Assembly (NCBI GenBank): GCA_021734255.1
Contig: JAIPJM010000007.1
Location: 12,089-76,088, forward strand
From: Fidelibacterota bacterium
Lineage (GTDB): Bacteria; Fidelibacterota; UBA8477; JABMPR01
Length of the DNA: 64,000 bases
Direction: 5' to 3'
In this document: piece by piece, positions 29,201 through 37,658 of the stretch
Layout: every line of letters begins with the position of its first letter
Position numbering within the stretch: position 1 is the stretch's first letter
Notes under the pieces: model-generated
What the model was told of the DNA's origin: nothing
Database searches by the model: none
Seen by the model: only the letters and a program-made list of their open reading frames with translations
Translations under genes and position numbers: made by a program

Positions 29201-31051
29201 ATGTCCATGTTGCAAAAGGTATTCATTTTCGCTCTGGCTATTTCCGTTTATTGTCAGGAGGACGCCAGTCGTCAACCTGAGCTCATATTCGCCTGGATGT
29301 CTGATACTCACATTGGATCCCAGACTGCTGCCAATGATCTGAACAGTGTTGTTGACGATATAAATCGCGCGACTCACATCGACTTTGCCATTGTCTCCGG
29401 AGATATCACCGAGACAGACACCCATGATAACCTGGAACAGGCAAAAGTGATCCTGGATCGATTGGACATCCCCTATTACATCATTCCCGGCAACCATGAT
29501 ACAAAATGGTCATCAGCAGGTGGAGCCCGGTTCAGTGCACTTTGGGGTGACGACCGCTTTAACGTCGAGATCGGCGACTATCGATTTATTGGGGTTCATC
29601 AGGGACCTATGTTGCGGATGGGAGACGGATATATAGATCCAGACGATATCGCCTGGGTAGATTCTATTCTGCATGCACTGGAAGACCCCCAGCAGAAGAT
29701 TTTTATCGTCCAGCATTATCCGCTTGACCCATCTGTGGACAATTGGTATGCTTTTCGGGATGTTCTGGATGGATACAATATCCAGGCGGTTCTGAATGGT
29801 CACCATCATCGAAATTTTGCCACATCCTATGAGGGCATCCCTGGGATCATGGGCAGGTCGACCCTGCATCGGCAGAATCAACCCAGTGGGTACACCCTGG
29901 CAAAACTCTACCCGGATCATATGGATCTATTCGAGCGGATCCCCAGCGCCGATAGTTTGAACCACTGGTACACTCTGGACATTGGAGAGCGCAATAACTC
30001 TGACTCACTCCGCCTTCCAAAACCAGACTATTCACATAACCAGAGTTCCGGTGTTGTCATGAGTTGGCAACAGGCCATGGGATCCATCATAACCGCCTCT
30101 ACAACCTCCTACAAGAACCTGATCATAGCCGGCAGCACTGGGGGCAAGGTGCAGGCTTTCGATAGGGAGACTGGAGCCATTGCCTGGACATGGTCAAGCC
30201 CAGGAGCTGTTCACTCTACACCGGCAGTTAAGGGTAATCGAGTCATCCTAGGCACAACCGATTCAACCGTCATCTGTCTTGCTGCTGCAACAGGAAAAAT
30301 GAAGTGGCAAACGCGTGTAGCTGAACCCTTGCTGGGCTCACCCCGCATCCACAAAAACAGGATCTACATTGGCGGAGGAGATGGTACGCTGTATGCTCTG
30401 GCCCTGCGAAATGGTCGTCTCAAATGGAAGAATCAAAGCGCCGATAATTATATCGAAACCCTGCCGGTCATTGCCGATAAAACGGTCATGTTCGGCGCCT
30501 GGGATGGCGCCTTCTATGGCGTCAATATCAAAACTGGTGACCTGGAATGGAAATGGAGCGACGGTAGACCCGGTGATCTCTATTCTCCGGCAGCCTGCTG
30601 GCCTGTTACGTCCAATGGGAAGGTTTTCGTGGTTGCTCCCGACCGAGCAATGACTGCTATTGATGTAAATACTGGCAACACTGTCTGGCGCAAAACGGGT
30701 CACTCAGTGCGGGAGATGATCGGGATCTCAGCTGATGGTGATCAGGTGCTGGCCCGTACCATGACTGACTCTGTTTTTGGAGTCAGCGCAGCAGGTAATG
30801 CCTATGCTGAGTCCTGGATCGTTGATGCTGGTTACGGTCGAGATTTCGCCCCATCCATGATGATGGAAAAAGATGGGAAAACCTTTTTTGGGACAAAGGA
30901 TGGCTGGATCTACTGCATGGCGACTTCCGATGGGGAGCTACTGTGGAAATACCGGGTGAGCGATGGACTGGTCAATACGGTGCTTCCCCTGGATGACAAT
31001 CAGTTGGTGACCACTGCCGCAGATGGGAATGTTAGTCTACTGAAATTTTAA
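29201..31051 (+). CDS. secreted metallophosphoesterase fused to a PQQ-like beta-propeller
   Basis: 616 aa with a signal peptide. The N-terminal half has calcineurin-like motifs (SDTHIG, SGDITE, GNHD, GHHH). The C-terminal ~330 aa has repeated G-x-x-x-W motifs (TGAIAWTW, TGKMKWQT, NGRLKWKN, TGDLEWKW, TGNTVWRK, DGELLWKY) typical of PQQ/BamB-like propeller blades. Confidence 0.85.
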   Translation: MSMLQKVFIFALAISVYCQEDASRQPELIFAWMSDTHIGSQTAANDLNSVVDDINRATHIDFAIVSGDITETDTHDNLEQAKVILDRLDIPYYIIPGNHDTKWSSAGGARFSALWGDDRFNVEIGDYRFIGVHQGPMLRMGDGYIDPDDIAWVDSILHALEDPQQKIFIVQHYPLDPSVDNWYAFRDVLDGYNIQAVLNGHHHRNFATSYEGIPGIMGRSTLHRQNQPSGYTLAKLYPDHMDLFERIPSADSLNHWYTLDIGERNNSDSLRLPKPDYSHNQSSGVVMSWQQAMGSIITASTTSYKNLIIAGSTGGKVQAFDRETGAIAWTWSSPGAVHSTPAVKGNRVILGTTDSTVICLAAATGKMKWQTRVAEPLLGSPRIHKNRIYIGGGDGTLYALALRNGRLKWKNQSADNYIETLPVIADKTVMFGAWDGAFYGVNIKTGDLEWKWSDGRPGDLYSPAACWPVTSNGKVFVVAPDRAMTAIDVNTGNTVWRKTGHSVREMIGISADGDQVLARTMTDSVFGVSAAGNAYAESWIVDAGYGRDFAPSMMMEKDGKTFFGTKDGWIYCMATSDGELLWKYRVSDGLVNTVLPLDDNQLVTTAADGNVSLLKF

Positions 31052-31067
31052 TAATAGGTGGGTGTGG

Positions 31068-31664
31068 TTATTTCTTTAGCACTTGTTTGATCAGCTGTTC
31101 AACATCGAGACCATCTGGATTCTCTTTCAGGATCGATCGTATCTTGGGATAGACATCTGAGCGTACATACCCCAGGGCTTCCAGAGCCATAATGGCTTCA
31201 TTCTCCAGGTTCCCCTGGCCTATATCAGATGTAAGATCACCAACGTCAGCGTCACCGAGACCTTTTTCGATCTTGGGTTTTAGTTCCAGAATGATCCGCT
31301 TTGCCGTGGTTGGACCGATCCCCGGTGTTTTGGCGATGGTCTGGGCATCTTCTGAAAGAACCCAGTTGCTAATATCTGCAGGTGATCCGGCTGAAAGGAT
31401 CGCCAACGCGGCTTTCGGTCCGATCTTGGAAATACCGATCAGTTTGTAAAAGAACTCCCGCTCCATCTTTTTAGCGAAGCCATACAGATCCTGGATATCC
31501 TCCCGAACGTGCAGGTAGGCATACACCATTACCGTTTCCCCTTCAGCAGGCAGTTGTTGATAGGTATTGAAGGTGACTTTCAAGCGGTAGCCGACACCGG
31601 AACAATCGATCACGATATGATCGGGTTTTTTGCGGTTCAGTTTTCCAGAGATGTATTCGTACAT
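31068..31664 (-). CDS. ruvA: Holliday junction branch-migration complex subunit RuvA
   Basis: 198 aa; MYEYISGKL..VIDCSGVGYRLKV, HhH motifs (IGPKAALAIL, PGIGPTTAKRI). Confidence 0.93.
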   Translation of the reverse strand: MYEYISGKLNRKKPDHIVIDCSGVGYRLKVTFNTYQQLPAEGETVMVYAYLHVREDIQDLYGFAKKMEREFFYKLIGISKIGPKAALAILSAGSPADISNWVLSEDAQTIAKTPGIGPTTAKRIILELKPKIEKGLGDADVGDLTSDIGQGNLENEAIMALEALGYVRSDVYPKIRSILKENPDGLDVEQLIKQVLKK

Positions 31665-32152
31665 CAGAGTCCCATTTTACTTAGCTTGTGATTCAATCCA
31701 TGGCAGATCGCGATCGCCAGTGCATCTGAGGCATCAAGTGTAACCGGATCCGCCTTCAACTTCAATAGGCGTTTTACCATGTAGAGCACCTGCTGTTTAT
31801 CAGCAGCACCATTTCCAGTAACAGCGGATTTGACCTTACGGGCGGCATATTCATGGATCTCCAACTGGGCCTGATGTCCGGCGATCATGGCTGCTCCCCT
31901 GACATGCCCCATGAGTAAGGCGGTTTTAGCATTTTTCCCATAAAAGGCTTCTTCGATGGAGATAATATCGGGTTTGTGGGAGCCAATGATGGATTCTATT
32001 CCAGCATAAAGAGTGGCGAGTTTGTCTGGTAAGGTATCTGTGCGCGTGGTTTTGATCACACCGGAGTATACAGGTTTGAATTGGTTACCATCATAATCTA
32101 CAATGCCGATCCCCAGGATCTGGAGACCGGGATCAATGCCTAATATTCGCAG
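31664..32152 (-). CDS. ruvC: crossover junction endodeoxyribonuclease RuvC, with a probable CTG start
   Basis: The track ORF (to 32059, GTG) lacks the catalytic N-terminus. The in-frame upstream sequence reads (CTG)RILGIDPGLQILGIGIVDYDGNQFKPVYSGVIKTTR, the canonical RuvC start including the first catalytic Asp. An in-frame TAA at 32158-32156, which is also the yebC stop, bounds the ORF. That leaves only CTG (32152) or ATA (32146) as starts. Confidence 0.85.
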   Translation of the reverse strand: MRILGIDPGLQILGIGIVDYDGNQFKPVYSGVIKTTRTDTLPDKLATLYAGIESIIGSHKPDIISIEEAFYGKNAKTALLMGHVRGAAMIAGHQAQLEIHEYAARKVKSAVTGNGAADKQQVLYMVKRLLKLKADPVTLDASDALAIAICHGLNHKLSKMGL

Positions 32153-32155
32153 ATC

Positions 32156-32902
32156 TTACTCCAATCCTTCCAGCATTTCGTCGGTGAAATTCACGCTGGC
32201 GGACAGCTTCTGCATATCATCATGGTCATCCAGTATCTCCATAAGCTTTACGACCTGTGGAACGTCCTCTTTGCTCACTTCTGTAAAATTATTTGGAATA
32301 TTCTGGATCTGAGCTTCTTCTACCTTGTAGCCTGCATCTATGACCGCTTCATTCACAGCGTTGAGGTCGGTAGGGGCCGAAACGATCTCAAAATAATCCC
32401 CTTCATTGGTCATGTCTTCTGCGCCGCCTTCCAGGGCAGCCATCATCAGTTCATCCTCATCAACCTTTTCAGAGGGTACCTGAATGATGCCCTTCGTCTC
32501 AAACATCCATGCGACCGCACCAGAGGAAGCCAGATTACCGCCATGTTTGGTGAGTAAGTGTCTGATCTCTGAGACTGTACGGTTCCGATTGTCTGTGGCA
32601 ACCTCCATGAGGAGCGCTACACCACCTGGACCATACCCTTCGTAAACGATCTCCTCGATCGTAACCCCTTCAAGCTCACCCGTACCCTTCTTGACTGCTC
32701 TTTCAATGTTTGCCATGGGCATATTGGCTGCTCGAGCGTTGGCCATGGCGGTCCTCAGCCTGGGATTTGTAGATTCATCACCACCACCTGCTCTGGCTGC
32801 AATGGTCAACTCCTTTGCGATCCTGGTGAAAACCTTTCCTCTGGCTGCATCAACTGCAGCTTTTTTTCTTTTGATGGTTGACCATTTACTGTGTCCAGAC
32901 AT
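32156..32902 (-). CDS. yebC: YebC/PmpR-family DNA-binding regulator
   Basis: 248 aa; MSGHSKWSTIKRKKAAVDAARGKVFTRIAKEL. It sits in the classic yebC-ruvC-ruvA arrangement. Confidence 0.93.
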   Translation of the reverse strand: MSGHSKWSTIKRKKAAVDAARGKVFTRIAKELTIAARAGGGDESTNPRLRTAMANARAANMPMANIERAVKKGTGELEGVTIEEIVYEGYGPGGVALLMEVATDNRNRTVSEIRHLLTKHGGNLASSGAVAWMFETKGIIQVPSEKVDEDELMMAALEGGAEDMTNEGDYFEIVSAPTDLNAVNEAVIDAGYKVEEAQIQNIPNNFTEVSKEDVPQVVKLMEILDDHDDMQKLSASVNFTDEMLEGLE

Positions 32903-33363
32903 TATTCCTCGATCCTATCTTTTTCTGCCGGCGCATTGACTGTACGGATTACCCAGGAGCGGCGATAACCTGTCTCAATGGCTCTTTGCTGTAAATTTTG
33001 GGCATCCTCACGATTGTTCATTTTTCCGACCCTGATCTTGTAGAAGGGGCTATCGAAATGCACAATGACTTCTTCTTCAAATGCTTGCAGGGCATGTTCT
33101 TCAATTGTCTTGGCCTGTTCCATATCCTTGGTACTGGCCAACTGCACTCGGAAAACGAAGGGGGGCTCTTCTTCATCAGCAAACAAATCCTGGTCTCCCA
33201 TACCTTCAATAAACTCGCTGAGCGATTCGACACGTTCAATACGTACCTGGGTATCCCCCCAGTCACTCAAGGTCGTTGGGTCAAAGGATTCATCTAATAT
33301 CACCTGCTCCTGTCCAAGAACCAAAAGCGGTATTAAAAGGCTAATAAGTGCCCACGGCTTCAT
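32902..33363 (-). CDS. SPOR-domain (peptidoglycan-binding) protein
   Basis: It starts at MKPWALISLLIPLLVLG (signal peptide). The C-terminus (FRVQLASTKDMEQAKTIEE..FDSPFYKIRVGKMNNREDAQNLQQRAIETGY) is SPOR-like. Confidence 0.75.
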   Translation of the reverse strand: MKPWALISLLIPLLVLGQEQVILDESFDPTTLSDWGDTQVRIERVESLSEFIEGMGDQDLFADEEEPPFVFRVQLASTKDMEQAKTIEEHALQAFEEEVIVHFDSPFYKIRVGKMNNREDAQNLQQRAIETGYRRSWVIRTVNAPAEKDRIEE

Positions 33364-34093
33364 GTGGTATCCATCCCGTTTTTCCATCTGGCAATCTAAT
33401 TTCATACCAGCTGTCTGTGGTATTTAAAATTTTCCCGCTGGTCCCCTCATGAATCACGAACAGTGTACTCGACCCTGAGACCGGGGCGCTGGAGATCTCC
33501 GCCTGACTTACCAGGAGGATCGCTGTCTGTTCCTTTCCATCCAGGACACGATTCCAGAGCCACCCCCCCACCAGGATAAAAATAACACTCAAGGATATGA
33601 GGACCGGTTGCAGTGTTCGGATACCCCTGTCCCTGAGGACGAACTGGTGCAGAATGATCACGAGTACGAGCAAAGTCAGGACAATGAGTTCAAGGCGTTT
33701 CAACTCATAGATCGATAGGCCATACCACATATCTCTGATCCACTGCACAAGCGGCATGGGTTCTGGAATGTCGAAGCGATCTTTTAGAAACAGCTTGGCA
33801 TATCGCAAATTATGGGCAATATCATCATCCCGGGGACTTAACTGGCTGGCTTTTTCAAAATGCAGAATCGCTTTTCCATATTTTTCTAGATTGAAGTAGG
33901 CGCAGCCCAGATTGTAGTGTAACACAGCAGATTCCATATCCCCTCTGAGGATCTTTTCATATTCCTCAACTGCCTGGGGGTAATCACCCTGTTCATAACA
34001 CTGATTACCAGATCTTAAGAGGCCCTCCGAATCGATCGCCCAATTCGTACTTACCAACAGGAGGAGCATCAACATATGTTTCAGGGTTCTCAT
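33341..34093 (-). CDS. batE: BatE-like protein (TPR repeats, TM helices, C-terminal SH3b)
   Basis: It starts at MRTLKHMLMLLLL (ATGA overlap with the batD stop). It has TPR repeats (GDYPQAVEEYEKIL, LGCAYFNLEKYGKAILHFEKA), two TM helices and an SH3b-like C-terminus (WYEIRLPDGKTGWIPHEAV). It is the last gene of the Bat cluster. Confidence 0.75.
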   Translation of the reverse strand: MRTLKHMLMLLLLVSTNWAIDSEGLLRSGNQCYEQGDYPQAVEEYEKILRGDMESAVLHYNLGCAYFNLEKYGKAILHFEKASQLSPRDDDIAHNLRYAKLFLKDRFDIPEPMPLVQWIRDMWYGLSIYELKRLELIVLTLLVLVIILHQFVLRDRGIRTLQPVLISLSVIFILVGGWLWNRVLDGKEQTAILLVSQAEISSAPVSGSSTLFVIHEGTSGKILNTTDSWYEIRLPDGKTGWIPHEAVGTY

Positions 34094-35868
34094 ATGACCT
34101 TCCGCAGCTCCTGTAAAAGTGTCTTCGTTTGTGCCACCCACTCTGCTGCTGTTTTCTGCTCCGCGCCTGGGGCAAAACGATCCATTGTGAGCCCTTCCAG
34201 AAAATGGCGGGTCTCGGCTACTATCTTTGCATCTATCTGACGTGCTCGCAGTAAACCGACCAACTCGATGGTATCCAAGGCATTTTGGGGTGCATTGAGA
34301 CGATCACCAATAAAACCACTGATACATTGATGCAGGAGCGTTCGGAGTTCCGGCGAGTCCTCACCCAGTTTCTCTGCCTGCTGAAGTCTGGATCTTGCTG
34401 TTTTCAAGGCAGTCACACTCCGTCTCAGATCCTCGTTTCCAGCCAATTGAGTGGACCAGTATTGATACGCGTAAACGCCCAGAATTCCAAATACGGCCAG
34501 AATATGGAACGTCCAGAAATTGAACCCCAGCGGAGATGCACTTCTGGAATAAAATTTATCATCCAGTGCTTTGATGTAACGTATGTCTTCCTGCATCAAC
34601 TCAACTTCTTCCCGGCTGTAACCGGAGGTCACGATGGGCTGATTGCCATCAGCATTATACACCATGAGCTGCAAGGGACCACTACTCTGGGTCATATATT
34701 TCCCTACTGAGGGATCGAAATAAACGAATTTAACAGGATCGAATGCCATTCTGCCTGCCTTACGTGGTACCAGGAGATAGGTCAGGTTCTTGCTACCCTG
34801 GTGTATGAAGTTCCTGATACTGACAGATTCTGAGCGCTCCGGTTTAAACATATCGACGCCTTCTGGAGCCTGCAGATCAGGAATTTTCAGTGAATTGAAA
34901 TTACCCCTGCCAGAGAGTGTCACATTCAGGCCGACAGCATCATTCACAAGCACAGCATTCGTATCCAGATCCGCTTTGATATTGAAAGACCCAACTGCAC
35001 CCGAGAATCCAGCAGGACGCGGTTCAGGGAGGGCTTTCACCTTGATCTTTAGTTGATTGGACAAAAAGTTTTTTGTGGCTTTCCGCGTCCCGCTAAAAAA
35101 GGGGTCATTAAAGAAAGGATCATTGAATAATCGTCTTCCCTTGCGGTTTGATTTCACTTCGATCTCCAGCTCCGTCCGGAGCGGATCGATCAGCAGTTCA
35201 CCTGAGCGGGTTGGATAATAAATGACGGTTTTCAGAACGGCTGTGTTATAGCGGACACCATCAATAACCTCAGAGACCAAGCGGGGCTGGGACGATTGTT
35301 TCACTTCCTCTGCCCAGAATCCTACTGCATCAGGAAGCTTGTCAACCTGATAATTATAGACGCCCACCTGAGTATACAGCTTGTAGCGGACCGTAATGGG
35401 CTCCCCTACGTAAACACTACGGGCTGTGGGAAGCGCTCGGATAAATACGCTTTGTTCTGTTTGCTGTGATTGATCATTTGCCGCTTTTCTGGAGGCAATG
35501 ACCTGGATCCGGTGTGGCTCGGTCATGGTGCGGTCATTACCAAGGAACACTTCCACTGCAGGAAAGATGATCGTGCCAGGGGCCATGGCGACGAAAGTGT
35601 AAGAGATGGACTTCCGGGCAGACATTTTACCGTTCACATAGGAATAGTTGGATGACTGCATCGGGCCTGATAGCAGTGCCAGGTTCTCAATATCCGGTAA
35701 ATTGACCTGAGGCATGGCATCACTGCCCTCTACTTCGACCTTCCAGGTGAAAGACTCCTGGACCAGTATTTGGCGGGCATCGACGGAAGAAGTGATCTTT
35801 GGCTGAGCCAATAATGTATGGGGAGCCAACCCGATCAAGAGTATCAGTAAGAATGAAGGCCAGCTCAT
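34090..35868 (-). CDS. batD: BatD-like oxygen-tolerance protein
   Basis: About 592 aa from MSWPSFLLILLIG (signal peptide). It has a large beta-rich extracytoplasmic region, a TM helix near residue 450 and a helical C-terminus. It occupies the BatD position between batC and batE. Confidence 0.7.
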   Translation of the reverse strand: MSWPSFLLILLIGLAPHTLLAQPKITSSVDARQILVQESFTWKVEVEGSDAMPQVNLPDIENLALLSGPMQSSNYSYVNGKMSARKSISYTFVAMAPGTIIFPAVEVFLGNDRTMTEPHRIQVIASRKAANDQSQQTEQSVFIRALPTARSVYVGEPITVRYKLYTQVGVYNYQVDKLPDAVGFWAEEVKQSSQPRLVSEVIDGVRYNTAVLKTVIYYPTRSGELLIDPLRTELEIEVKSNRKGRRLFNDPFFNDPFFSGTRKATKNFLSNQLKIKVKALPEPRPAGFSGAVGSFNIKADLDTNAVLVNDAVGLNVTLSGRGNFNSLKIPDLQAPEGVDMFKPERSESVSIRNFIHQGSKNLTYLLVPRKAGRMAFDPVKFVYFDPSVGKYMTQSSGPLQLMVYNADGNQPIVTSGYSREEVELMQEDIRYIKALDDKFYSRSASPLGFNFWTFHILAVFGILGVYAYQYWSTQLAGNEDLRRSVTALKTARSRLQQAEKLGEDSPELRTLLHQCISGFIGDRLNAPQNALDTIELVGLLRARQIDAKIVAETRHFLEGLTMDRFAPGAEQKTAAEWVAQTKTLLQELRKVI

Positions 35869-35869
35869 C

Positions 35870-36655
35870 CTACCAATCCTTATCCAGATCAGCACCTGAG
35901 GTCTTCATGCGGATCTGTTCCTTCATATTCTCTGTCTCGCGTTCTTTCAGGGCATCCAGGAGCTGGGTGGCATCCATAAGATCTTCATCTGTAGCGGTTT
36001 CATCCTGCTGAGCCTGTCCCTGCTGCTCTTGCTCCTGTTGTTCATTTTCTTCACTATTCTGCTGGTCCTGCTGCTGGTCCTGTTGTTCCTCTTGCTCCTG
36101 CTGATCTTGCTCTGATTGGGATTGATCATTCTGTTGTTCTTCCTGATCCTCTTGATCCTGCTGGTCCTGATCCTGCTGTGAATTCTGATCCTGCGGTGGA
36201 GGCGGCGGCATGTGATTGATCAATTCCAGATTGGCTTTTGCATCCAGATCATCAGGGCGTAATTTTAGTGCGCGTTTATAGAAATCTTTTGCTTTGTCTA
36301 TGTCCTGTTTCTGAAGCCAGGCATTCCCCAGGTTGTAGTAGGCATCTGCAAGTGTATTGGCGTCTTCCACACTGAGTGACTTTTCATAGGCACTGATCGC
36401 CTCGTCGATGTCGCCTTTGCGATACTGGGCATTACCCTGGTTGTAGTAGATCTCTTTCAATTCAGGATTTTCCTTGAGTATCTCTTCCCAGGCTTCAATG
36501 GCCGTGTCGTATTGCTCCGTATCAAATGCCTTTCGGGCCTCCGATTGACCCCATACGGGGTATGCGATCAACAGCCCCAGGAACAGTAATACTGGACGGT
36601 TCCAATGAGATCTAATTCTCAATGTATTCTCCCTGCCAATTTCTTTCAGTTCCAT
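35870..36655 (-). CDS. batC: BatC-like TPR protein with a long Q/D/E-rich tail
   Basis: It has a signal/anchor (RPVLLFLGLLIAYPVWG) and TPR repeats (YYNQGNAQYRKGDIDEAISAYEKSL, YYNLGNAWLQKQDIDKAKDFYKRAL), then about 70 residues of PPPPP plus Q/D/E low-complexity sequence. The start is uncertain: ATG 36655, or TTG 36622 preceded by GGGAGA. Confidence 0.75.
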   Translation of the reverse strand: MELKEIGRENTLRIRSHWNRPVLLFLGLLIAYPVWGQSEARKAFDTEQYDTAIEAWEEILKENPELKEIYYNQGNAQYRKGDIDEAISAYEKSLSVEDANTLADAYYNLGNAWLQKQDIDKAKDFYKRALKLRPDDLDAKANLELINHMPPPPPQDQNSQQDQDQQDQEDQEEQQNDQSQSEQDQQEQEEQQDQQQDQQNSEENEQQEQEQQGQAQQDETATDEDLMDATQLLDALKERETENMKEQIRMKTSGADLDKDW

Positions 36656-37658
36656 GAAGATCGGTAATAAGCAGTTCCAGGACAAGGAGTATCAGGGCGA
36701 TCCAGATGAACCAGTGATATTGCTCCTTGTAATTCGTGTATTCATGGCGACTCAGCTCCTTTTGCTCCATACCCAGGATATCACCGTAGATCTCATCCAG
36801 ACTGGCAGAAGCTGTGTTCAAATGTACAAACCGTCCCCCGGTCTCTTCACTTATCTCTTGCAGCGTCGCAGCGTATAGTCTGGTTGTAACTGTTTCGCCT
36901 GTGGCGGTCTTCCTATAGCCCGTCACTTCACCTCTGTCATCCACAATAGGAATGGGCGTACCGGAGAAAGTACCCACACCAGCGGTATGGATAATGATAT
37001 TCTCTTCCCGCGCCTGTGAAAGCACTGCTTCAAGATTTCCTTCATGATCCTCCCCATCGGAGATGATGATCATGGCCCGGTGCTGAGTATCCTTTGGATC
37101 AAACGCATCCATACCAATGGAGATGGCGTCGGAAAAAGAGGTTCCCTGGACACCAATAAGTGATTCATCTGAAATATCCAGGAACATCTCGAAGGCTGAA
37201 TAATCAAGTGTAAGTGGGGTCTGCAAGTGGGCCTGCCCGGCGAAGACGACCAGGGCGATCCTGTCACCGCGGAGTGATTTCAACAGCCTTCTGAGTTCAA
37301 ATCTGGCTTTTTCCAGTCGGTCAGGTTTAATGTCCTGCGCCCGCATGGAGTTGGAGACATCCAGCAAAACAACAACATCCACCCCCTGACGCTTCACCTC
37401 TGTCAGCTCATCCGAGAACTTGGGACCGAATACACCGATCAGTACGAGTATAATGGCGCAAAAGCGCAAGGTATCCTTGATCCGGCGTTTCTGCTTGCTC
37501 ACACTATGGGATAATTGTTCTATGAGTTCTGGATCACCAGCCCGACTGACGAGCTTCCTACGCGAAGCACGCGCCCAGAGTCCCAGGACCACTAGTCCTG
37601 GGAGCATGAGCCACAGCGCCCACTGGATGATAGCAGAGAAGGTCTCAAACCTGATCAT
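36612..37658 (-). CDS. batB: VWA-domain protein BatB
   Basis: 348 aa with N-terminal TM helices, a von Willebrand A domain with a MIDAS motif (DVSNSM) and a C-terminal TM helix. Confidence 0.85.
   Translation of the reverse strand: MIRFETFSAIIQWALWLMLPGLVVLGLWARASRRKLVSRAGDPELIEQLSHSVSKQKRRIKDTLRFCAIILVLIGVFGPKFSDELTEVKRQGVDVVVLLDVSNSMRAQDIKPDRLEKARFELRRLLKSLRGDRIALVVFAGQAHLQTPLTLDYSAFEMFLDISDESLIGVQGTSFSDAISIGMDAFDPKDTQHRAMIIISDGEDHEGNLEAVLSQAREENIIIHTAGVGTFSGTPIPIVDDRGEVTGYRKTATGETVTTRLYAATLQEISEETGGRFVHLNTASASLDEIYGDILGMEQKELSRHEYTNYKEQYHWFIWIALILLVLELLITDLHGTERNWQGEYIEN

Noticed and set aside
35999-36208. Nucleotide-level CTG/TTG/ATC repeats as a microsatellite or non-coding repeat.
   Set aside because: They stay in frame within the BatC ORF and encode the Q/D/E tract. 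This is a coding low-complexity region, reported as such.
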